In this document: one piece after another, positions 36,899 to 45,167 of the stretch
Layout: each line of letters begins with the position of its first letter
Numbering within the stretch: the first letter of the stretch is position 1
From: Acidimicrobiales bacterium
GTDB taxonomy: Bacteria; Actinomycetota; Acidimicrobiia; Acidimicrobiales; Ilumatobacteraceae
DNA length: 64,000 bases
Assembly: GCA_038321235.1 (NCBI GenBank)
Contig: JBBQEU010000001.1
Location: 51,698 to 115,697, forward strand
Direction: 5' to 3'
The notes under the pieces: generated by a model
Told to the model about the DNA's origin: nothing
The model's database searches: none
What the model saw: the letters and a program-made list of their open reading frames with translations, nothing else
Program-made: the position numbers and the translations under genes

Positions 36899-39800
36899 AT
36901 GCCCCAACGCGGTACCGCCCCGCTCGTCGGGCGCGACGGAGAGCTCCGTACCCTGCGGACGGCTGTCGATGCGGCATGTGCCGGTCATGGCTCCACCTGG
37001 CTGGTCGTCGGCCAGCCAGGGATCGGTAAGACACGGTTGGTCACCGAGGCGCGTCTCTACGCCGAGTCGGTCGGGGCGCGAACGGTGCACGCCTTCTCGT
37101 GGGACCAGGGAGGTGCCCCCGCGTTCTGGCCGTGGCGGATGGCCGCCCGGGCACTCGGACTCGATGTGCTCAGCGACTCGGAGCCCCACGACGACGGTGA
37201 CCGGTTCGCGCTCTTCGCCGGTCTGCTCGATCAGCTCCGCGACGCCGCTGCCGAGCAGCCGACCGTGATCGTGCTCGACGACCTGCACGAAGCGGATCTG
37301 GCCACCATGCTGCTCCTGCGATTCATCGCCGAAGGCATCACCGATGCTGCGGTGATGTTGATGGGCACCTACCGCCGAGCCGATCTGCTCCAGCGATCAG
37401 AACTCGCCGAGGACGGGCTCGCACATCTCGACCAGGCGGCACGGCACGGCGGACAGATCGAACTCGGCGGGCTCGGCGCCGTCGATGTCGGAAAGCTGCT
37501 GGAGAACTACAGCGTAGACCAACAGCCTGGAGGGTTCGAGGGGGCGCTCGTCGAACGGGTCGCAACCCTGACCCAGGGCAATCCGCTGTTCGTCCAGCAC
37601 CTGGCCTCCCAGCTCGCGGTCGCGGCACCGGATGATGCACTCGCCGATCTCGACGTCCCCGACGGCATCCGTCGCATCCTCGTGTCCCGCCTCGACTGGG
37701 TGGCGCCCGAGACGCGTCGCCTCCTGCGAACCGCGGCCGTGATCGGACCGGACGTCGACCTGGAGATGCTCGCCGACGTCGAATGTGACGCGATCGCCGG
37801 TGACGAAGCAGCGGTTCGGCGCATGCTTGCCGAGATCTCCGAACTCGTCTTCGTCCGTGTCGACAACTCGACCTTGTCGTTCCAGCATCCGCTCGTTCGC
37901 GAGGTCCTCATTGCGGAACTCGACGAGGAACCACGGTGCCGACTCCACGCTGCGGTCGCCGAGTGGTTGGCCGATCATCGACCGGCCGACTCCGAGGAGA
38001 TCGCCTACCACCTCCACCGGGCCGGACCCGAACGTGCCGTCGAGGCGGCGAAGGCCAGTGCGTCGGCGGCACAGCGGGCGTTGGATGCGCTGGCGTTCGA
38101 GAACGCCGTTACCCACGCGCAGCGAGCGGTGGATGCGATCGACCGAGCTCCGGTCGCCGGTGCTGATCCGCCGCTCGACGCCTTCCGAGCCGATCTCCTG
38201 TTCGGTCTCGGCCGCGCCTGCTGGCGGGCGTCACGACGGCCCGAGTCCGACGCCGCCTACGACGCGGCGTTCGACATTGCCCGTCGCCTCGACGACACGG
38301 CACGCATGACGTCGGGTGCACTCGGCGCCGGTTTCCCGAAGGCATTCGGCACTGTGTTCCCGAACGAACGAGCGCAACGATGCAGGGTCGTGCTCGACCG
38401 ACTCGATCCCGGCCCGTCGGTGGCGCGCAGTCTGCTGCTGTCCAAGCTTGCGTGTGAACTCATCGGTCAGCCTGATCCCACTGATTCCAGAGCAGCCGCT
38501 CTCGAAGCGCTCGCTGTCGCCAGGGAGGTCGATGATCTTCGGTGCATCGGTGAGGCGCTCGCTTCCGTGCTGGTCACCGATCTCGGCCCCGACGAACTCG
38601 ACGACCGGCTCGCCCAGTCGGACGAGATGCTCGACATCTCCCGTTCAACAGGCGACCCAGCGCTTGCCGTGCAGGCTCGCTTCCAGCTCGTCGGCGCCTT
38701 GGTGCAGCGCGGCGATCGCCAACGGCTCGAAGCCATCGTCGCCGAGCAACACCGTGGTGTCCACGCGCTCGCCGAACCGGGTTTCCTCCGCCACGACGTG
38801 TGGTTCCGTGCGATGCTCACCACGGTCGACGGCGACATCGAACGCGCCGAGGTCCTGGTGGACGAGGGCCTGTCAGCAGCGAATGTCGCCCACGACCCGG
38901 ACGCCTTCGTCGTGTGGGGCGCGCAGCTGGGCGTCGTGCGTTGGATGCAGGGACGGGTCAACGAACTCGAACCGCTGTACCGGGACATGGCCAACGGCTC
39001 GAACGAGCCGGTCTGGTCCGCAGTGCTGGCGTGGTTGTGGTCGCGCAACGGCATGCATGCCGCAGCTCGTGGCCTGCTCGATCGCCTCAGCCCCGATCAC
39101 CTCCTGGCGGCATCGCGAGATCGCAACTGGATGCTCGCCGCCGTCACCGCAGCGGAAGTCGCCTCGCGATCGGGGACCGCCGACGAGATCGACGGGTTCA
39201 TCGAGCTGCTCGGCCCCTATCGCGACGACTTCGTCCCGATCGCGATGGGCATCTCCTTCTGGGGGACGGTTGCTCGACCGCTGGCCATGCTGTACCTCGC
39301 CCGGGGCGATGTCGACGCCTCGGTCGACCTGTACGAACGGGCGATCGCAGCAACGGCGAGCTTCGGTGCCATCCCGTGGCTCGTCGAGGTGCAGCTCGAT
39401 CTCGCCGATCTGCTCGTGCGCCACTGTCCGGATGAGCGCGAGCGGGCGCTCGCTCTCATCGATGAGGCAGCTGCAGCGGCTCGTCGCGTCGGTCTCGTCG
39501 AGCAGATCCAACGTGCCGAGACCCTCGAAGGGCGGATGTCGTCGACCGTCGATCTGTCTACCCCCAGCGACGTCGTGGACGGTGCGGTGCCGTGCAGGAT
39601 CAGGATCGACGTACTCGGTGGGTTCCGGTGCGTCGACACGTCTGGCGTCGAGGTCCGTTGGTCGTCGCGGCGAGCGCGATCGGTACTCAAGCGTCTGGTT
39701 GCTGCTCGTGGTGGCAGGGTCACACGAGAGTCGCTCATGGAACAGGTGTGGCCGGGCGACGACCCTGGGGTGGTCGCGAACCGGCTCTCGGTCGCGCTGT

Positions 39801-40285
39801 CGACGATTCGACGATCGCTCGACCCGGATCAGGTGTACGGCCGCAACGAGATCGTCGTGGCCGATCGCGAGACGATCTGGATTGCTGCCGAAGACATCTG
39901 TGTCGACCTGGAGTTGTTCGTCGCGGCGGCCCACGACGCCTTGCACACTCGCCGTGACGACGACTCAGAACTCGATCGGCTGCTCGCCGCGGTCGCTGCG
40001 TACGGCGGCATGCCGTTCGCCGATGATCCCTACGACCATGCTTGGGGTTCGGTGCGCGCAGAGACGCTTGTTCTGTATTCGGAGTTGAGTCGATCGATCG
40101 CCCGGATCGCCACCACGACCGGGCGGACGGTGATGGCGGCGCGAGCGCTCAACGATCTGCTGACGGTCGATCCGTTCGACGAGTCCGCTCATCTCGCGCT
40201 GATCGAACTCCATCGAATCAGCGGGGCTCACGGACTCGTCGAACTCGCGGTCGAGCGCCACGGTGCGGCATTCGGCCCCGACTGA
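36899..40285 (+). CDS. STAND-type regulator: N-terminal AAA(AAA_16-like) ATPase, TPR-like middle, C-terminal OmpR-type winged helix + BTAD (SARP) module
   Basis: 1128 aa from ATG 36899. LVGRDGELRTL, Walker A VVGQPGIGKTRLV and Walker B VIVLDDLHEAD. The C-terminal IRIDVLGGFRCVDTSGVEVRWSSRRARSVLKRLVAARGGRVTRESLMEQVWPG ... LSVALSTIRRSL is followed by a helical BTAD-like end (LIELHRISGAH). Confidence 0.75.
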   Translation: MPQRGTAPLVGRDGELRTLRTAVDAACAGHGSTWLVVGQPGIGKTRLVTEARLYAESVGARTVHAFSWDQGGAPAFWPWRMAARALGLDVLSDSEPHDDGDRFALFAGLLDQLRDAAAEQPTVIVLDDLHEADLATMLLLRFIAEGITDAAVMLMGTYRRADLLQRSELAEDGLAHLDQAARHGGQIELGGLGAVDVGKLLENYSVDQQPGGFEGALVERVATLTQGNPLFVQHLASQLAVAAPDDALADLDVPDGIRRILVSRLDWVAPETRRLLRTAAVIGPDVDLEMLADVECDAIAGDEAAVRRMLAEISELVFVRVDNSTLSFQHPLVREVLIAELDEEPRCRLHAAVAEWLADHRPADSEEIAYHLHRAGPERAVEAAKASASAAQRALDALAFENAVTHAQRAVDAIDRAPVAGADPPLDAFRADLLFGLGRACWRASRRPESDAAYDAAFDIARRLDDTARMTSGALGAGFPKAFGTVFPNERAQRCRVVLDRLDPGPSVARSLLLSKLACELIGQPDPTDSRAAALEALAVAREVDDLRCIGEALASVLVTDLGPDELDDRLAQSDEMLDISRSTGDPALAVQARFQLVGALVQRGDRQRLEAIVAEQHRGVHALAEPGFLRHDVWFRAMLTTVDGDIERAEVLVDEGLSAANVAHDPDAFVVWGAQLGVVRWMQGRVNELEPLYRDMANGSNEPVWSAVLAWLWSRNGMHAAARGLLDRLSPDHLLAASRDRNWMLAAVTAAEVASRSGTADEIDGFIELLGPYRDDFVPIAMGISFWGTVARPLAMLYLARGDVDASVDLYERAIAATASFGAIPWLVEVQLDLADLLVRHCPDERERALALIDEAAAAARRVGLVEQIQRAETLEGRMSSTVDLSTPSDVVDGAVPCRIRIDVLGGFRCVDTSGVEVRWSSRRARSVLKRLVAARGGRVTRESLMEQVWPGDDPGVVANRLSVALSTIRRSLDPDQVYGRNEIVVADRETIWIAAEDICVDLELFVAAAHDALHTRRDDDSELDRLLAAVAAYGGMPFADDPYDHAWGSVRAETLVLYSELSRSIARIATTTGRTVMAARALNDLLTVDPFDESAHLALIELHRISGAHGLVELAVERHGAAFGPD

Positions 40286-40289
40286 GCGG

Positions 40290-41198
40290 TCACTCGGCGA
40301 GGCGGACGAAGCTCGCGTGGCGGACGAGACCGTCGTTGGTGAACTCGGCGATCTCGATCGTGGCTCGGAGCGTTGGTGCGACCCACGTCGCCGTCCGGCG
40401 TACCGACGATGGTGGCGGCGGATCGAACGGGCACTCGTCGACAGCGCTCGCTCGGAGGCGCTCGCTCAACGTCGTCAGCGCGCGTTGATCGAAGCCCGTG
40501 CCGACACCGCCGGCGAATTCGAGACCGTCCGGGGTCGGCCGCCCGACCAGCAATGCGCCGAACGTCCTCGCTCGGTTGCCCGTACCTGCGGTGAACCCCC
40601 CGATGGTCAGTTCCACCGTCGTGCGGTTCTTGATCTTGCGCCAGTCCGTCGATCGGGCGCCGGGTCGGTACCGCGAGTCGATGCGTTTGGCGATCACGCC
40701 TTCGAGGCCCTGCTCGGCGGTGGCGGCGGCGAGCGCTGATCCGTCTCCGATGCGAAACGACGGCACCGTCCAGTTGTCTGATGGCTCGACGAGTTGGTCG
40801 AGGAGCCGCCGGCGGTCGAGGTAGGTCAGGTCGATCGTGTCGGTGCCGTTGACCTGGAGCACGTCGAAGAACTGGATGACCGCCTGACGATCCGACCCGA
40901 CCCCGCTTCGCTGTACCAGTCCGAAACGCGGCCGGCCATCGTCGTCGAACACGACGAGCTCGCCGTCGAGGATCGCCGAGGGCGCGTTCACCGAGGTGGC
41001 GAGGTCAGCGAACTCCGGCCATCGCCCGGTGACGTCGTGGCCCGCGGAGCTCTGCAATCGGACGACCCCGTCGACGATGTGGACGATCGTGCGGTACCCG
41101 TCCCACTTGACCTCGAACGCCCAGTCGTTCCCGTCGGGCACCGCGCCGGTCGAGCCCATCGTGGCCTTCATCGGAAGAACGGGGAAGCGGAGCGGCAT
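40290..41198 (-). CDS. ATP-dependent DNA ligase, ligase-domain-only (LigC / LigD-LigDom type)
   Basis: 302 aa. Adenylation motif I FEVKWDGYR, later motifs LDGELVVFD, FFDVL, EGVIAKR, DWRKIK. Confidence 0.8.
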   Translation of the reverse strand: MPLRFPVLPMKATMGSTGAVPDGNDWAFEVKWDGYRTIVHIVDGVVRLQSSAGHDVTGRWPEFADLATSVNAPSAILDGELVVFDDDGRPRFGLVQRSGVGSDRQAVIQFFDVLQVNGTDTIDLTYLDRRRLLDQLVEPSDNWTVPSFRIGDGSALAAATAEQGLEGVIAKRIDSRYRPGARSTDWRKIKNRTTVELTIGGFTAGTGNRARTFGALLVGRPTPDGLEFAGGVGTGFDQRALTTLSERLRASAVDECPFDPPPPSSVRRTATWVAPTLRATIEIAEFTNDGLVRHASFVRLAE

Positions 41199-41215
41199 CG
41201 TGGCTCAGCCGTCAC

Positions 41216-42466
41216 TCATTCGGCGGGGAGGCGGCTCGACAGCACGCCATCGGCATCCAGTTGATCGAGGCGGCTGTCGTCGAAGCCCAAGAGTTCGCGG
41301 AGCACGGATCGGTTGTCCTCGCCCCGGTACTTCGGCACGCCGCTCACGCCGACATCGGGCGAGGCGCTGAACCGCCACGGCACGTTCGGCACGCGGATCG
41401 TGCCGCCACCACGATCGTCGACGTTCACCACGGCACCTCTGGCATGGGCCCAGTCGGTGTCGGTCAGCTCGCCCGGTTGACGGACCCGACCGACGGCGAG
41501 TTGGTGTTTCGAGAACTGCTCCTCGAACGTCGCTGCATCCGGCACCGTCGCCGCATGGTCGCGGATGATCTCGCGCAACGCGTCGAAGTTCGCGAGTCGG
41601 GCGGCGACGTCGACGAAGCGGGGATCGTCGGCCAGGTCGCTTCGGCCCATCGCGGCGATGAAGAAGTCGAACGTGCCGCGCTCGGCGGGATGTCCACTGA
41701 CGACGAGCGACTCACCGTTGGCGACGGTGAGCACGAGGTAGTCGCCGGGGCGGAAACTGCGGATCCACTGGGGGTCGTCGTGGCCATCCCACAGTGCGTC
41801 GTGGAGGTGCTCGTTGACGTACAGCATCGTCTCGGCCATCGACACGTCGATCCACTGGCCCTCGCCGGTGTGCTCGCGTTGGTACAGCGCGGCGAGGATC
41901 GCGGAGGCCGTTTCGAGTGCGGTGTACACATCGGCGTGGCTGTGAGGATCCTTCGCGAGTTCGCCGCCGCGCGCGTTGCCCTGCGATGCGACGATTCCGG
42001 TCTCGGCCTCGACCACCGGTGCGTAGGCGCGGCGTTCGACCCACGGCCCGGTCTGGCCGTAGCCGGAGATCGACGCGTAGATCAGTCGGGGGTTTCGAGC
42101 GCGGACGGCGTCGGCGTCGAGCCCGAGGCGGGCCATCACACCGGGTCGGTAGTTCTCCACGAGGACGTCGGCGTGCTCGGCGAGGGCGAACAGGATCTCG
42201 GCGCCCTCGGGCGTGGCGAGGTCGAGCGACAGGTTGCGCTTGCCGACGTTCTGCTGCACGAAGTAGCTCGACAGCCCGTGTCGGCGTGGTGTGGCGAACC
42301 GGGTGAGGTCGCCAGCGGGTGGCTCGATCTTGATCACGTCGGCGCCCATGTCGGCGAGCATCCGGGTGCAGTGCGGGCCCGACAGCACCCGACTGAGATC
42401 GAGCACCCGGATCCCCGAGAGCGGTCGAGTGGCTGGTGTCGAAGCGGTGGGTGAAGCTGGTGTCAC
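41216..42466 (-). CDS. CaiB/BaiF family III CoA-transferase
   Basis: 416 aa from GTG 42466. LSGIRVLDLSRVLSGPHCTRMLADMGADVIKIEPPAGD and ISGYGQTGPW are typical of family III CoA-transferases. The 699-aa track ORF N-terminal extension (Arg/Asp-rich) was rejected. Confidence 0.85.
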   Translation of the reverse strand: MTPASPTASTPATRPLSGIRVLDLSRVLSGPHCTRMLADMGADVIKIEPPAGDLTRFATPRRHGLSSYFVQQNVGKRNLSLDLATPEGAEILFALAEHADVLVENYRPGVMARLGLDADAVRARNPRLIYASISGYGQTGPWVERRAYAPVVEAETGIVASQGNARGGELAKDPHSHADVYTALETASAILAALYQREHTGEGQWIDVSMAETMLYVNEHLHDALWDGHDDPQWIRSFRPGDYLVLTVANGESLVVSGHPAERGTFDFFIAAMGRSDLADDPRFVDVAARLANFDALREIIRDHAATVPDAATFEEQFSKHQLAVGRVRQPGELTDTDWAHARGAVVNVDDRGGGTIRVPNVPWRFSASPDVGVSGVPKYRGEDNRSVLRELLGFDDSRLDQLDADGVLSSRLPAE

Positions 42467-42520
42467 GCGCCCATCGTGCCCGATCCGATCCCCGCTGGAT
42501 CGATCGGTCACACTGCTCGG

Positions 42521-43372
42521 ATGTCGAACGACCTCTCTTCCGCAGCGATGCCGCTCGCTGGACAGACCGCGTTGATCACGGGGGGTGGGTCCGGTATCGG
42601 GCTCGCGTGTGCCCGTGCACTCGCAGCCGACGGAGCATCGGTCATGCTCGCAGCGCGCAACATCGACCGGCTGGCGTCGGCCGCGGAAGAACTCCGATCG
42701 GAGTTTCCGGACGTCGAGGTCGCCACGGTGGCGTGCGATGTCACCGACGAGGCCAGCGTCGAAGCGGCGTGTGCGGCGGCGGCAGCAGTCGGCCCGCTGA
42801 GGATCGTGGTCGCCAACGCCGGCACCGGGTCGGCGGGGCCGTTCCACCTCACCACGCTCGTCGATTGGAACTCGGTGCTCGCGACCAACCTCACGGGCGC
42901 GTTCCTCACGATGAAGCACTCGGTCCCGCACCTCGCAGCCAACGGCGGCGGTTCGATCGTGGCGATGTCGTCGATCGCAGCCGTGTCGACGCATCGCTAC
43001 ATGACGCCGTACAACGTGTCGAAGGCAGGCCTCGAGATGCTCGTCCAACAGGTCGCCGACGAACTCGGCTCGTCCGGCATCCGCGCCAACGCGGTGCGAC
43101 CGAGCCTGGTACCGACCGACATCTCGGCCGGTCTCACCGGCGTACCCGACATCGTCGACGACTACTTGGAACAGATGCCGCTGCATCGCCTCGGCACCAC
43201 CGACGACATCGCATCGCTCGTCCGGTTCCTCGCCGGACCGGAGAGTTCCTGGATCACCGGGATGTGCATCAGCGCCGACGGCGGCCATCATCTCCGTCGC
43301 GGCCCGAACCTCCACGACGTGATGGAGATGGTCTTCGGCGATCAGCTCGCGCCTCCTGGGCCCGCCACCTGA
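42521..43372 (+). CDS. short-chain dehydrogenase/reductase (SDR)
   Basis: 283 aa from ATG 42521. TALITGGGSGIGLA cofactor motif, NAG, and catalytic S ... YNVSKAGL (YxxxK). Confidence 0.85.
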   Translation: MSNDLSSAAMPLAGQTALITGGGSGIGLACARALAADGASVMLAARNIDRLASAAEELRSEFPDVEVATVACDVTDEASVEAACAAAAAVGPLRIVVANAGTGSAGPFHLTTLVDWNSVLATNLTGAFLTMKHSVPHLAANGGGSIVAMSSIAAVSTHRYMTPYNVSKAGLEMLVQQVADELGSSGIRANAVRPSLVPTDISAGLTGVPDIVDDYLEQMPLHRLGTTDDIASLVRFLAGPESSWITGMCISADGGHHLRRGPNLHDVMEMVFGDQLAPPGPAT

Positions 43373-43383
43373 CGCACCACGTC

Positions 43384-43405
43384 CTGTGACAGGCGGGCGT
43401 CACAG
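43384..43405 (+). terminator. weak stem-loop CTGTGAC-aggcgggc-GTCACAG after the SDR gene
   Basis: A 7-bp perfect stem 11 nt after the stop. There is no U-tract, which is common in high-GC actinobacteria. Confidence 0.25.
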
Positions 43406-43529
43406 TGGAACGCGTGTTCCTGCCGGTAGCGTGCGTGGTTGGCACCGGTCGAAATCCGACTGGTGAGCGCATTCGGATTCTTTGTTGCTCCGGTCTTGCG
43501 CTGTTGAGCTACATAGAGGAGTCCCCCCA

Positions 43530-45086
43530 ATGACGATCATCGATGACACCCCGCGCGCCATGTCCCCCGACGCTGCCGACGAAGTGGTTGCCTTCCGCGA
43601 CCTCGGCCTGCCCGACGTACTCGTTCACCGCCTCGAGAGCCAGGGCAAGCACAACGCCTTCCCGATCCAGGCCGCCGTCATTCCCGACGCACTCGCCGGT
43701 CGCGACGTCGCTGGCCGCGCTCCCACCGGTTCAGGTAAGACCCTCGGCTTCGGGCTCCCGCTCGTTGCAGGCCTCACCGACGCCCGCCCGAAGCGCCCCG
43801 TGGCGCTCGTGCTCGCCCCCACCCGTGAACTCGCCGAGCAGATCATGGCCGAGCTCACCCCGTTCGCGAAGGCTGCCGGTCACGATGCAGCGTCCATCTA
43901 CGGCGGTGTCGGCTACGGCGGCCAGCGCAAGGCGCTCGACCGTGGTGTCGAACTCGTCGTCGCCTGCCCGGGCCGTCTCGAGGACCTGATCCAGATGCGG
44001 GCGATCGACCTGCGCGACGTCGCCACCGTCGTGATCGACGAAGCCGACCAGATGGCCGACATGGGCTTCCTGCCCGCCGTCCGCCGCATCGTCGAGCAGA
44101 CCTCGAACAAGCGTCAGGTGCTGCTGTTCTCGGCCACGCTCGACGGCCCGGTCGCCAAGCTCGTCGCCGACTTCCAGCACAACCCGGTGCGCCACGAGGT
44201 CGGCCCGAAGGGCCCCGACGTGCACGCCGCGAAGCACCACTTCTGGCTCGTCGACCGCGAAGAGCGCGTGTCCACCACGGCCGACGTCATCCAGCGTCTG
44301 GGATCCACCATTGTGTTCACCCGTACCCGTCACGGCGCCGACCGGCTCGCGAAGCAGCTCGGGCGCAACGGTGTCACCGCCGAGCCGATCCACGGCGGCC
44401 GCAGCCAGGGCCAGCGCGATCGCGCCCTCGCTGCCTTCAAGAAGGGTCAGGCATCAGCGCTGATCGCCACCGATGTTGCCGCACGCGGTATCCACGTCAA
44501 CGGCGTCAACGCGGTCGTCCACTACGACCCGCCGGCCGAGGACTCGACCTACCTGCACCGCTCGGGCCGTACCGCCCGTGCTGGCGCCACCGGCACCGTG
44601 GTCTCGCTGCTCGACCAGAGCCAGAAGAAGGATGCGCTCAAGATGCAGCGAGGCATCGGCATCGACGAGCCCGTCACCAAGGCCAACGTGCGCGACCTCG
44701 TGATCCACCCCGCACCGGAGAAGGCCCACGCGGCTCGTACCGAGTCGGTCGACGCCGAGCACCGCGTCACTCGCATTCCCCGCGACGAATCCGTCAAGGA
44801 GCCGACGGCCAAGAAGCATGCGCCCGTGAGCGAGAAGTCACCCGCTCGGTCCGTGCCGACCGGTGACCCCGGTGACGCCCAGGGATCGGTCAAGTTCTTC
44901 AACTCGGGCCGTGGCTACGGGTTCATCACGCCTGACGTCGGCGGCAAGGATCTGTTCGTCCACTTCTCGGCCATCCTCGATGACGGCTTCAAGACGCTCG
45001 ACAACGGCGCCCGCGTCGATTTCGAGGTTCGCGACGGGCGTAACGGTCAAGAAGCGTACGACGTCCGCGTCGTCCCCTTCAACTGA
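43530..45086 (+). CDS. DEAD-box RNA helicase with a C-terminal CspA-type cold-shock domain
   Basis: 518 aa; ATG 43530 with GAGGAG 8 nt upstream. Q motif FPIQ, motif I APTGSGKTLGF, motif II IDEADQM, SAT, motif VI HRSGRTARAG. The C-terminal 65 aa, GSVKFFNSGRGYGFITPDVGGKDLFVHFSAILDDGFKTLDNGARVDFEV, carries RNP1 (GYGFI) and RNP2 (FVHFS). Confidence 0.9.
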   Translation: MTIIDDTPRAMSPDAADEVVAFRDLGLPDVLVHRLESQGKHNAFPIQAAVIPDALAGRDVAGRAPTGSGKTLGFGLPLVAGLTDARPKRPVALVLAPTRELAEQIMAELTPFAKAAGHDAASIYGGVGYGGQRKALDRGVELVVACPGRLEDLIQMRAIDLRDVATVVIDEADQMADMGFLPAVRRIVEQTSNKRQVLLFSATLDGPVAKLVADFQHNPVRHEVGPKGPDVHAAKHHFWLVDREERVSTTADVIQRLGSTIVFTRTRHGADRLAKQLGRNGVTAEPIHGGRSQGQRDRALAAFKKGQASALIATDVAARGIHVNGVNAVVHYDPPAEDSTYLHRSGRTARAGATGTVVSLLDQSQKKDALKMQRGIGIDEPVTKANVRDLVIHPAPEKAHAARTESVDAEHRVTRIPRDESVKEPTAKKHAPVSEKSPARSVPTGDPGDAQGSVKFFNSGRGYGFITPDVGGKDLFVHFSAILDDGFKTLDNGARVDFEVRDGRNGQEAYDVRVVPFN

Positions 45087-45111
45087 GTCGGTTCAGACCC
45101 GTACCCAGAAG

Positions 45112-45152
45112 CGATGAGTTTCCGCGCGCACAGGTCGCGCGGAAACTCATCG
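45112..45152. repeat. palindromic element, family 1, copy A (perfect 17-bp stem CGATGAGTTTCCGCGCG, 7-nt loop); probable terminator
   Basis: Read directly. It lies 25 nt after the helicase stop and 15 nt before the GH38 start. It is related, in inverted orientation, to the copies at 48242 and 48305. Confidence 0.8.
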
Positions 45153-45167
45153 GAATAAGGTCGCAGC

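Noticed and set aside
42467-43315. 283-codon N-terminal extension of the CoA-transferase ORF. Analogous extensions exist for asd (21675-22451), the MhuD-like gene (24006-25334), the WXG100 gene (48286-49716), the M20 gene (49618-50187), the HAD gene (50112-50699) and trkH (59055-59864).
   Set aside because: The extensions overlap well-supported genes on the same or the opposite strand, lack motifs, and are compositionally antisense-like. The family-conserved N-termini begin at the internal starts I chose.
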